Translations under genes and position numbers: made by a program
Shown: positions 9,244 through 17,664 of the stretch, piece by piece
How positions within the stretch are numbered: position 1 is the stretch's first letter
Layout: the number at the start of each line of letters is the position of its first letter
Assembly (NCBI RefSeq): GCF_000354175.2
Contig: NC_022349.1
Location: 3,090,001-3,122,000 of the forward strand
Reading direction: 5' to 3'
Source: Vibrio alginolyticus NBRC 15630 = ATCC 17749
GTDB taxonomy: Bacteria > Pseudomonadota > Gammaproteobacteria > Enterobacterales > Vibrionaceae
Length of the DNA stretch: 32,000 bases
The notes under the pieces: generated by a model
Told to the model about the DNA's origin: nothing
The model's database searches: none
The model's input: only the letters and a program-made list of their open reading frames with translations

Positions 9244-9293
9244 TAAAAACAAAATGATGAATCGAATGTATCCAATACAGGGTGGACAAAGTT

Positions 9294-10718
9294 ATGAGTA
9301 AGATTGCGCGTAAAGACGTGGAGCGTCTTATTGAGCTGGTCGGGGGGCCGGACAATATTGCCAGTGTAAGTCACTGTTTAACTCGCTTGCGTTTTGTTCT
9401 AAATGATACGGACAAAGCAGATACGAAACAGTTAGAAACATTACCGATGGTGAAGGGCTGTTTTACCAACGCAGGCCAGTTCCAAGTGGTTATCGGTACT
9501 GAAGTGGATGAAGTTTACAAGGTACTGATCGGACTGACGGGTAAAAGTGAAGCCAGCAAAGACGAAGCGAAGAACGCTGCTCGTCAAAACATGAATATCG
9601 TTGAGCGTGGTATTTCCCACCTTGCAGAAATCTTTGTACCACTGCTACCTGCGATCATTACCGGTGGTCTGATCCTTGGCTTCCGTAACGTGATTGGCGA
9701 CATCAAGATGTTTGATGGTCAAACGCTAACGGAAATCAGCCAGTTTTGGGCAACGGTACACTCTTTCCTATGGCTAATTGGTGAAGCAATCTTCTTCTTC
9801 CTACCAGTTGGCGTGTGTTGGTCGACAGTGAAAAAACTCGGCGGTACTCCGATTTTGGGTATCACATTGGGTGTCACGCTGGTTTCGCCGCAGTTAATGA
9901 ACGCTTACCTAATTGGTAAGCAAGTACCTGAAGTTTGGGACTTTGGCTTATTCGCCATCGAGAAAGTGGGCTATCAGGCGCAAGTGATTCCAGCAATGCT
10001 TGCTGGTATGGCTCTGGCGTTTATTGAAACCAACTTAAAACGCATCATTCCGTCTTACCTTTACCTAGTGGTCGTGCCGTTTGTCTCAATCATTGTGTCT
10101 GTGATTCTTGCGCACTCTATCATTGGTCCATTCGGTCGTATGTTGGGTGACGGCGTTGCTTTCGCAGCAAAAGCAGCCATGACGGGTGACTTCGCAATGA
10201 TTGGCTCAACCATCTTCGGCTTCCTATACGCGCCATTGGTCATTACTGGTATTCACCACACCACCAACGCGGTAGACCTTCAACTGATGCAAGAGCTAGG
10301 CGGCACGCCAATTTGGCCTCTGATTGCGCTTTCAAATATTGCTCAAGCGTCTGCGGTCGTCGGCATCATTATCATCAGTAAAAAACACGGCGAGCGTGAT
10401 ATCTCAGTGCCTGCAGCTATCTCTGCTTACCTTGGTGTGACTGAGCCGGCGATGTACGGCATCAACTTGAAATACAAGTTCCCAATGCTGAGCGCAATGA
10501 TCGGTAGTGCGTGTGCTGCTGCTATTTGTGGTAGTGCGGGCGTAATGGCGAACGGTATCGGAGTGGGCGGTTTGCCTGGCATCTTATCTATCCAACCGCA
10601 GTTCTGGGGCATTTTTGCTTTGGCTATGTTAGTCGCAATGCTGGTACCTGCCGCATTAACGTTAATTCTTTATAAGCGTGCACAAGCCAAAGGTGAGCTT
10701 GAGCCTGCAAACGCGTAA
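9294..10718 (+). CDS. treB: PTS trehalose-specific EIIBC component
   Basis: Collinear with E. coli TreB throughout (IIB active-site SHCLTRLRF; GQFQVVIG; GVTEPAMYGINLKY). The track start at 9282 is a GTG. The ATG at 9294 (MSKIARKD) follows AGGGTGGA and matches the E. coli N-terminus. Confidence 0.93.
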   Translation: MSKIARKDVERLIELVGGPDNIASVSHCLTRLRFVLNDTDKADTKQLETLPMVKGCFTNAGQFQVVIGTEVDEVYKVLIGLTGKSEASKDEAKNAARQNMNIVERGISHLAEIFVPLLPAIITGGLILGFRNVIGDIKMFDGQTLTEISQFWATVHSFLWLIGEAIFFFLPVGVCWSTVKKLGGTPILGITLGVTLVSPQLMNAYLIGKQVPEVWDFGLFAIEKVGYQAQVIPAMLAGMALAFIETNLKRIIPSYLYLVVVPFVSIIVSVILAHSIIGPFGRMLGDGVAFAAKAAMTGDFAMIGSTIFGFLYAPLVITGIHHTTNAVDLQLMQELGGTPIWPLIALSNIAQASAVVGIIIISKKHGERDISVPAAISAYLGVTEPAMYGINLKYKFPMLSAMIGSACAAAICGSAGVMANGIGVGGLPGILSIQPQFWGIFALAMLVAMLVPAALTLILYKRAQAKGELEPANA

Positions 10719-10726
10719 TTCTATTT

Positions 10727-10760
10727 GAGGCAGTGACTTGGCTGCCTCCGCCTATTTTTC
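10727..10760 (+). terminator. Hairpin plus T-rich tract between treB and treC (possible partial terminator or processing site)
   Basis: GAGGCAG-N8-CTGCCTC (10727-10748) followed by CGCCTATTTTTCTTTTC. Confidence 0.4.
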
Positions 10761-10805
10761 TTTTCAAATTTTAAGTTTCCGATTACTGGTAAGTGAGTGT
10801 TAGAA

Positions 10806-12491
10806 ATGGCTATGACCAAGCATGATGAGAGCTGGTGGAAAACCGCAACCATCTATCAAATTTACCCAAAAAGCTTTTGTGACAGTGGCAGTAAAGGCAC
10901 GGGCGACATCAAAGGGATCATTTCTAAGCTGGATTATCTTAAGCATCTTGGTGTGGATGCGATTTGGCTGACGCCGGTTTACCAATCACCAATGATCGAC
11001 AACGGTTATGACATATCCGATTACTACTCGATCAACCCTGAGTTCGGCACTATGGAAGATTTCGATACTTTGCTAGCAGAAGCGCATCAGTTGGGCATTC
11101 GTATTATCATGGACATTGTAGTGAACCACACGTCGACAGAACACAAGTGGTTCCAATCCGCACTGGGTGATAAAAACAGCCCATACCGTGATTACTACAT
11201 TTGGAAAGATCCGGTAGATGGTGTAGAACCAAACAACTGGCAATCTAAGTTTGGTGGTAACGCTTGGGCGCTGGATGAAAAAACAGGCCAGTACTATTTG
11301 CACCTTTTTGCTAAAGAGCAAGCGGACTTAAACTGGGAAAACCCAGTAGTGCGTGAAGAAGTGAAAGAAGTCATCAGCTTCTGGGCAGAAAAAGGAGTGG
11401 ATGGTTTCCGTCTCGACGTTATCAACCTGATTTCCAAGCAGCAAGATTTTCCAAGTGACGATATTGGTGATGGTCGTCGTTTCTACACGGATGGTCCACG
11501 TGTGCACGAATACCTTCAAGAGATTAGCGAATCTGTGTTTCAAAAATACGGCAGCGTGACGGTGGGTGAAATGTCTTCCACCACACTAGAGCACTGCCAG
11601 CAATATTCTTCGCTAGACGGCAAAGAGCTATCCATGGTGTTCAACTTCCATCATCTGAAAGTCGATTATCCAAATGGTGAAAAATGGACCAAAGCGCCGT
11701 TTGATTTCATTCAGTTAAAACAGATCTTCAATCATTGGCAAACGGGCTTAAATGGCAAAGGGTGGGGGGCGCTGTTCTGGTGTAACCACGACCAGCCACG
11801 CGTTGTGAGCCGATTAGGTAACGACGAGCAATACCGTGTTGAATCTGCCAAGATGCTTGCGGCATCAGTGCACATGATGCAAGGCACACCTTATGTTTAC
11901 CAGGGGGAAGAGATCGGCATGACCAACCCAGGTTACACCGAGATCAGCCAGTACCGTGACGTAGAAAGCACCAACATGTATGACATTATGGTCAACCGTG
12001 ATGGTGTATCACACGAGGAGATGATGGCGATTTTGGCGCAGAAGTCGCGTGATAACTCACGTACACCAATGCAATGGAACTGCCAAAAGCACGCTGGTTT
12101 TACCGAAGGCACACCGTGGCTTGAAGTGGCGCAGAATTACTCTGAAATCAACGCAGAAGCAGCGGTTGCTGATTTGAACTCGGTGTTCTACTTCTACAAA
12201 CGTTTGATTGAGCTACGTAAACAGGTTCCGGTGATCACCGATGGCCGTTATGAAGATTTACTGCCAGAGCATCAACGCATTTTTGCTTACGCTCGCCAGA
12301 ACGACAAACAAACGCTGCTGTGTATCAATAACTACTACGCTGAAGAGGTGGAATGCGTTCTGCCAGAACGTTTTGAACTGAGTAAAGCGAAAAACTTGCT
12401 ATCCAACTATCAAAACTCAGCGAGCGCAGTCGCGTCAAACCATCAAGTGTTACGACCTTACGAAACTCGTATTTTATTGATAGAAGAATAA
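10806..12491 (+). CDS. treC: Trehalose-6-phosphate hydrolase (GH13)
   Basis: Collinear with E. coli TreC (IYQIYPKSF, GVDAIWLTP, GFRLDVINLIS, VGEMSST, FWCNHDQPR, QGEEIGMTN). Start is ambiguous between ATG 10806 and ATG 10812; the track GTG at 10797 is less likely. Confidence 0.93.
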   Translation: MAMTKHDESWWKTATIYQIYPKSFCDSGSKGTGDIKGIISKLDYLKHLGVDAIWLTPVYQSPMIDNGYDISDYYSINPEFGTMEDFDTLLAEAHQLGIRIIMDIVVNHTSTEHKWFQSALGDKNSPYRDYYIWKDPVDGVEPNNWQSKFGGNAWALDEKTGQYYLHLFAKEQADLNWENPVVREEVKEVISFWAEKGVDGFRLDVINLISKQQDFPSDDIGDGRRFYTDGPRVHEYLQEISESVFQKYGSVTVGEMSSTTLEHCQQYSSLDGKELSMVFNFHHLKVDYPNGEKWTKAPFDFIQLKQIFNHWQTGLNGKGWGALFWCNHDQPRVVSRLGNDEQYRVESAKMLAASVHMMQGTPYVYQGEEIGMTNPGYTEISQYRDVESTNMYDIMVNRDGVSHEEMMAILAQKSRDNSRTPMQWNCQKHAGFTEGTPWLEVAQNYSEINAEAAVADLNSVFYFYKRLIELRKQVPVITDGRYEDLLPEHQRIFAYARQNDKQTLLCINNYYAEEVECVLPERFELSKAKNLLSNYQNSASAVASNHQVLRPYETRILLIEE

Positions 12492-12529
12492 ACTCGGGTG
12501 TCATCACCCCTAGGATTGATGTTCGAGAT

Positions 12530-12565
12530 GAAGGCTTTGGTGTGCTCCCCAAAGCCTTCTTTTAT
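12530..12565 (+). terminator. Intrinsic terminator after treC
   Basis: Perfect 11-bp stem GAAGGCTTTGG / CCAAAGCCTTC with loop TGTGCTCC, followed by TTTTATT. Confidence 0.85.
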
Positions 12566-12595
12566 TGAGATGCCGTATCTCTAAAAGATGCGAGC

Positions 12596-13495
12596 TTATT
12601 TTGTTTCAATCGCTGTTAGCTGCACTTTCTCTTCGTTGATTTGTACTTGTTGTACTTTTAGTAGTTCGATTTGCTCAATCAGACCTAAGCTCGGATTAAA
12701 CCAACGTTCTGCCGAAGTGGCGAACTCCATTGAGTCCATATCATCACAGTTTAGGTTGTAGATGTTCTCTTCCATCAGGTATGCCGCTTCAATTTTCTTG
12801 CCTGAGATCGAGAACGCTTTACGCATACCAGTCTCTCGGATTTGCTGTTGCCAAACCACTTGGCAAGATGCTGTCATAGGAAGGTTTTGTACCCACTCAT
12901 GATCTTCAAAACGGTCTAGAAGGTTGTGAACTGCGTAGCCTGTAAGAGTGGTTTGCAGAGACATAGTTTCTTCACCGATGTCAATATTCGGGCTTTTCTC
13001 TTTTACGTCGTCACCGTTTAGGCGGAAAATCGGACCGCTGTGCATAAGCATGGCAATAAACTGATGACCAATGAAATAAGCGTCAGTGATTTCATGGAGT
13101 GCACCATCTGATCCTGCAAAGTAAAGCGTATTGCTCTCTTCGTCGTCGTTGTACTGCTCGTCTGAATAGTAGAACTGTTCGGCGCCGTAGTTCACCAAGT
13201 CATTAACCAACTGGACCATTGCCTCGCTGTTTGGGATTTGTGCCAATGCTGCCAATATTTGCTCGCTATCCATCGCTTGGAAGCTCAGTTTCATGTCGCC
13301 CTCTGGTTGGCCATCCAAGCTAAACGAATAGCTCAATTGTGTGTTTGGTACAGGAGCGAAGATTGAGTTGTGAATCGAGACGTCGAAACTTTCTTGAGGC
13401 ATTTTGTTTGGATTCGCACTGCCAGAAGACGAACCTCCGCCACAGCCGTAAAGAGCCAGAGTTGCTGCTGCGATAAGCGTCATTTTGTTTAGCAT
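12596..13495 (-). CDS. Uncharacterised lipoprotein
   Basis: 299-aa ORF with AGGAA 9 nt upstream. N-terminus MLNKMTLIAAATLALYGCGGGSSSGS gives a signal peptide, a lipobox-like LYGC and a Gly/Ser linker. I recognise no family motif. Confidence 0.7.
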   Translation of the reverse strand: MLNKMTLIAAATLALYGCGGGSSSGSANPNKMPQESFDVSIHNSIFAPVPNTQLSYSFSLDGQPEGDMKLSFQAMDSEQILAALAQIPNSEAMVQLVNDLVNYGAEQFYYSDEQYNDDEESNTLYFAGSDGALHEITDAYFIGHQFIAMLMHSGPIFRLNGDDVKEKSPNIDIGEETMSLQTTLTGYAVHNLLDRFEDHEWVQNLPMTASCQVVWQQQIRETGMRKAFSISGKKIEAAYLMEENIYNLNCDDMDSMEFATSAERWFNPSLGLIEQIELLKVQQVQINEEKVQLTAIETK

Positions 13496-13626
13496 GGTTT
13501 ACATTCCTGATTGATAAGGCCGTTTCATGTTGGGCCGTTGCTTGAATGCGAGCATGCTAAGTTCAGTGAGAGAAAAAGGGCAAAAAACAAAAGCTAACAG
13601 GGGTTAATGAAAGCTTAATTTTATAT

Positions 13627-15147
13627 TTAGGTCTTTGTTTTGTTTGGGGTTATTTCGTTGGCTACGTTAGTGCAATACTCGTTAATGAGCGCTTTCCATC
13701 GGCTTATGATTTCTTGATCGGTCACACTAACATGCAACGTTTTCCACGGTTGGAGGCAAGTCTCTTTTGATTCAGATTGAGAAAGACGCTCAAACAAGGT
13801 TTCGGAAGGTAAAACGCGCAGCAGCGCCACCAGTGATTCCATGTAGTTGAGACGGAACTGTTCAAGTTTGTTCTGCTTATAAGCAATGTGAGACACAAAG
13901 GTATAAATCAGTGCGTTTTGGATACGTGAGTCGCCATCTGGTGTCGTTAACAGAGCTTTTGCCCTGTCTAAGTTACCTAATTTGAAATGCAATAGACCTA
14001 ACCAGAGGCTCAGCTCATCTGGCAAAACATCAAACGACGATTGTACTTGAGTTAAATACGCTTCCAGCTTTTGATGTTCGTGCTCGTATAAGGCGAGATG
14101 TCTTGCCGTTGTTATAGCCGCAAACTCATCAGATTGTCGGAGAGGTTGGCTAGAAAAGGCATTCTCGAATAACATTTTTTTGTGAATATCCGAAAGCTGC
14201 CACGTACTTGCCGAAGGTGCAGGCAGATTGAAGTATTGCGCGACATCCGAGTGCATTTGGAAAATATCCGATTGTAAGTCAGATAAACGCAGTGTGTACT
14301 CATTGCGAAACGCTAGCTTGCCCGTCGCAGGATAAATAAGGTTCATCTGCGCTTTCAAGATGCCCTGTTTTGTGCCGTCTTTTAACTCGATATTGAGCTC
14401 GTAGTCGCTGGTCTGCATGTTTCGTGCGCCAGGGAAATATGGCGCATGACCGATAGGATCAAGAAAGTAACTGGGAGCATCTTGGTTGGCGATGTCGGTG
14501 TATGGATATTCGACCTGTTGTTGCAGCAAGATGGCTTTGACCAGTATGCGGTATTTTCGCGCCTGAGAGCCGATTGAATCGACACGGTTGAGTAGTAGCT
14601 CGACTTTGGGAATCAGTAGTTGATGACGTGTTTGTTGTGTTGAGATTTCTTGGCGTTGCCATAACAAGCTTGCGAGCGTCACGCTACAAACTGCAAGTAT
14701 GGCACACAAGCTATAAGCAAAAATCAGCTTGAAGTTCTTATTCCTCGCAACCTGAGTTGGGATAACGCGTCGATGGCTTTTCGCTGGTGGCACCAAACGA
14801 ATATTGGCAGGGTTAAGAAAGTAGCCTTTGCGGGGGTAAGTGACTAAAAGCTTAGCGGCATCGTATTCGGGTAAGTACTGCTGTAGCAGGGCACGTAAGG
14901 TGCTAATGCGGTTCGTGAGCACATTCTTAGAGATGAACTTGCTCTGCCAAATGGTTTCAATAATGGTGTCAGCAGAGAGTGGGTGGCCAACGCTTGTTAA
15001 CAGCAGTTCTAATAATTCAATGGTGCGAGGTTCAAGATCAATCGCGATAACATCTTGATGAAGGGTCTGTGTCTTCGGGTTATAGATCAGCTCTCCAATC
15101 GCAATATAACTGTGAGTCTGTTTAGCTTGTTGCAGAAAGTCGCGCAT
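13627..15147 (-). CDS. CadC/ToxR-type membrane-anchored transcriptional regulator (OmpR/PhoB wHTH + single TM + ~340-aa periplasmic domain)
   Basis: 506 aa. The N-terminal LEPRTIELLELLL...LSADTIIETIWQSKFISKNVLTNRISTLRALL...YPRKGYFL is a winged-helix Trans_reg_C pattern. One hydrophobic span is present (FKLIFAYSLCAILAVCSVTLASLLW). The C-terminal part is helical and TPR-like (LWLGLLHFKLGNLDRAKALL). Architecture and size resemble CadC, but no cadBA is adjacent. Confidence 0.8.
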   Translation of the reverse strand: MRDFLQQAKQTHSYIAIGELIYNPKTQTLHQDVIAIDLEPRTIELLELLLTSVGHPLSADTIIETIWQSKFISKNVLTNRISTLRALLQQYLPEYDAAKLLVTYPRKGYFLNPANIRLVPPAKSHRRVIPTQVARNKNFKLIFAYSLCAILAVCSVTLASLLWQRQEISTQQTRHQLLIPKVELLLNRVDSIGSQARKYRILVKAILLQQQVEYPYTDIANQDAPSYFLDPIGHAPYFPGARNMQTSDYELNIELKDGTKQGILKAQMNLIYPATGKLAFRNEYTLRLSDLQSDIFQMHSDVAQYFNLPAPSASTWQLSDIHKKMLFENAFSSQPLRQSDEFAAITTARHLALYEHEHQKLEAYLTQVQSSFDVLPDELSLWLGLLHFKLGNLDRAKALLTTPDGDSRIQNALIYTFVSHIAYKQNKLEQFRLNYMESLVALLRVLPSETLFERLSQSESKETCLQPWKTLHVSVTDQEIISRWKALINEYCTNVANEITPNKTKT

Positions 15148-15166
15148 ACCGTACCGATCTATTTGG

Positions 15167-15219
15167 AAATCGCGAAGTATTATATAGCGATTGGAGCGCG
15201 AAATCTTATAAATCGCGCT
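15167..15219. repeat. Two adjacent short inverted repeats upstream of the regulator gene
   Basis: AATCGC (15168-15173)-N13-GCGATT (15187-15192) and AGCGCGA (15195-15201)-N11-TCGCGCT (15213-15219). A perfect minus-strand TATAAT (15184-15179) sits inside the first repeat's spacer, about 32 nt upstream of the ATG at 15147. Confidence 0.5.
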
Positions 15220-15237
15220 TCAATCATTATCAAAAAT

Positions 15238-15855
15238 TTATGAACCGTAGGTCACGGAATAGCGGTGCGGTTTGTGGTTCATCGCTAACACGAGATTGAG
15301 TGCAAACGCCCCCAAAATTGAAAGGCCAATCACTTCTGGTGTGACAAAGAAGAATGAAGCAAATAGGATACATGCATCGATTGCCATTTGGCTTTTGCCA
15401 ACTGAAATGCCAAATTTGTCTTGGATAAACAAACACAGCACGTTAAAGCCACCCAAGCTGGAGCGATGTCGGAATAGGATCAGCATACCGAGCCCCATTA
15501 AAAGCCCGCCTGCGATGGCGCAATAAACTTCATTTACCGATTCGAGCGAGATTAGCAAATAAAGATGATCGGCAAAGATAGAAACCAACGCGCCAGAAAT
15601 GGCACTATTAATGGCGAAATGACGGCCGAAGCGTTTCCATGCTAGTAAGTAAAAAGGACTGTTTGCTAAAAAGTACAGCACACCAAAGGTAAAAGGTGTA
15701 AATTGGCTAATAAGCAGAGCCAATCCAGTCGTGCCTCCCGTTAGAAGGCTCGCGGATTGGAGAAAGAAAACGCCTTGAGCTACTAAAAAGGTACCCGTGA
15801 GAATCGCTATCCAGTCTTCTTTTAATGAGTGTTTTTCCATCAATATTGCAGTCAT
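15238..15855 (-). CDS. YitT-family (5-6 TM) membrane protein of unknown function
   Basis: 205-aa ORF that is hydrophobic throughout. The pattern LTGGTTGLALL ... SLGGFNV is as I recall for YitT/DUF161-type proteins. Confidence 0.75.
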   Translation of the reverse strand: MTAILMEKHSLKEDWIAILTGTFLVAQGVFFLQSASLLTGGTTGLALLISQFTPFTFGVLYFLANSPFYLLAWKRFGRHFAINSAISGALVSIFADHLYLLISLESVNEVYCAIAGGLLMGLGMLILFRHRSSLGGFNVLCLFIQDKFGISVGKSQMAIDACILFASFFFVTPEVIGLSILGAFALNLVLAMNHKPHRYSVTYGS

Positions 15856-16113
15856 TAGTGATAAATAAGGCGTGCATAGTAGTAAAAAGATGATCTTTTC
15901 GGTAGCTAGAGGGTAAAATTTACGGTAAACCTATGTAATTGCTGTTTTACAGGGTGTAAAGCACAAATTTGACAGGCAATAGATTGTCGTTATGCGATTG
16001 CAATGCTGGCATGATAAACATTGCTTGTCATCATGAAAAAACTGCATGAGAAAAATTGTAAATTTCTCTTTATGACCTAAATCAAATTATGTAGAATGCG
16101 CGCCATTAGGGTG

Positions 16114-16129
16114 ACGAAAACGTTTGCGT
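16114..16129. promoter_or_regulatory. PurR box in the glyA leader/promoter region
   Basis: ACGAAAACGTTTGCGT is the reverse complement of the pur-box consensus ACGCAAACGTTTTCGT, 59-74 nt upstream of the glyA ATG. A TAGAAT -10-like hexamer lies at 16092-16097. glyA is a known PurR regulon member in E. coli. Confidence 0.65.
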
Positions 16130-16187
16130 CGGGTCATTCAACAGTTTTTTTGCAACTTTCAGTACTAATCTGAGTCAGGAGATACAG

Positions 16188-17438
16188 ATGCTTAAGCGTG
16201 ATATGAACATCGCAGATTACGATGCGGAACTGTTCGCAGCTATCCAGGAAGAAACTCTTCGCCAGGAAGAACACATTGAACTTATCGCTTCTGAAAACTA
16301 CACAAGCCCACGTGTAATGGAAGCGCAAGGTTCTCAGCTAACGAACAAATACGCTGAAGGCTACCCAGGTAAGCGTTACTACGGCGGTTGTGAGTACGTA
16401 GATAAAGCTGAAGCACTAGCAATTGAGCGTGCATGCCAACTATTTGGTTGTGAGTACGCTAACGTACAGCCTCACTCAGGTTCTCAAGCAAACAGCGCAG
16501 TTTACATGGCGCTTCTTAACCCTGGCGATACAGTTTTAGGCATGAGCCTAGCACACGGTGGTCACCTAACTCACGGTTCACCAGTAAACTTCTCGGGTAA
16601 GCACTACAACGTTATCCCTTACGGTATCGATGAAGCTGGTCAAATCAACTACGACGAGATGGAACAGCTAGCACTTGAACACAAACCTAAGATGATCATC
16701 GGTGGTTTCTCTGCTTACTCGCAAATCGTTGATTGGAAACGCATGCGTGAAATCGCTGACAAAGCAGGTGCTTACTTATTTGTTGATATGGCGCACGTAG
16801 CTGGTCTTATCGCCGCCGGTGAATACCCAACACCAGTACCGCATGCTCACGTGGTCACAACAACGACGCACAAAACACTAGCAGGTCCTCGCGGTGGTCT
16901 TATCTTGTCAAATGCTGGCGAAGATATGTACAAGAAATTGAACTCAGCAGTGTTCCCTGGTGGTCAAGGTGGCCCTCTAATGCACGTTATCGCTGGTAAA
17001 GCAGTAGCGTTCAAAGAAGCGATGGAGCCAGAGTTCAAAGCTTATCAAGCTCGCGTAGTGAAAAACGCAAAAGCAATGGTTGGTCAGTTCCAAGAGCGTG
17101 GCTACAAAATCGTATCTAACGGTACAGAAAACCACTTGTTCCTTGTTGACCTAATCGACAAAGATATCACTGGTAAAGACGCAGACGCGGCACTAGGTGC
17201 AGCAAACATCACTGTAAACAAGAACTCAGTACCAAATGACCCACGCAGCCCATTCGTAACGTCTGGTATCCGTGTAGGTACGCCAGCGATCACTCGCCGT
17301 GGCTTCACTGAAGAAGATGCAAAAGAGCTAGCAAACTGGATGTGTGACGTTCTAGATAACATCGGCAACGAAGAAGTTATCGAAGCGACTAAACAGAAAG
17401 TGCTCGAAATTTGTAAGCGTCTACCGGTTTACGCCTAA
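16188..17438 (+). CDS. glyA: Serine hydroxymethyltransferase
   Basis: 416 aa with AGGAG upstream. PLP-lysine motif [14 protein letters not shown]. Highly conserved SHMT sequence. Confidence 0.98.
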   Translation: MLKRDMNIADYDAELFAAIQEETLRQEEHIELIASENYTSPRVMEAQGSQLTNKYAEGYPGKRYYGGCEYVDKAEALAIERACQLFGCEYANVQPHSGSQANSAVYMALLNPGDTVLGMSLAHGGHLTHGSPVNFSGKHYNVIPYGIDEAGQINYDEMEQLALEHKPKMIIGGFSAYSQIVDWKRMREIADKAGAYLFVDMAHVAGLIAAGEYPTPVPHAHVVTTTTHKTLAGPRGGLILSNAGEDMYKKLNSAVFPGGQGGPLMHVIAGKAVAFKEAMEPEFKAYQARVVKNAKAMVGQFQERGYKIVSNGTENHLFLVDLIDKDITGKDADAALGAANITVNKNSVPNDPRSPFVTSGIRVGTPAITRRGFTEEDAKELANWMCDVLDNIGNEEVIEATKQKVLEICKRLPVYA

Positions 17439-17548
17439 CTATTCTTCATAGAATGAGTCAATTCCGGTGTCGAACATACTCACTTGCTCGTGCAAACTCC
17501 GTGTGTTCTCCTAGAACTCGACTCATCTATTTTGAACATTGATATACT

Positions 17549-17580
17549 AAAGGTCCTCAATTGAGGGCCTTTTTGTTTGT
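17549..17580 (+). terminator. Intrinsic terminator about 110 nt downstream of the glyA stop
   Basis: AAAGGTCCTC-AATT-GAGGGCCTTT (10-bp stem including one G-U pair) followed by TTTGTTTG. Confidence 0.7.
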
Positions 17581-17664
17581 CTGGCGTTTGGAATGAGATA
17601 TAGCGAAGAGTGTGTGATAAGGAGATGGCTACCAACACTGTCCCTTTCAATATATCCAAACCGC

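Noticed and set aside
12596-15855. Possibility that the lipoprotein/regulator/yitT cassette is a mobile genomic island or defence locus
   Set aside because: There is no integrase, transposase, tRNA attachment site or flanking direct repeats. No nuclease, ATPase or other defence-type domains are present. Composition looks similar to the flanks by eye, though I did not compute it. It is treated as a variable chromosomal interval only.
16134-16328. 64-aa minus-strand ORF across the glyA start
   Set aside because: It is antisense to the glyA RBS, start and PurR box, which makes it a shadow ORF.
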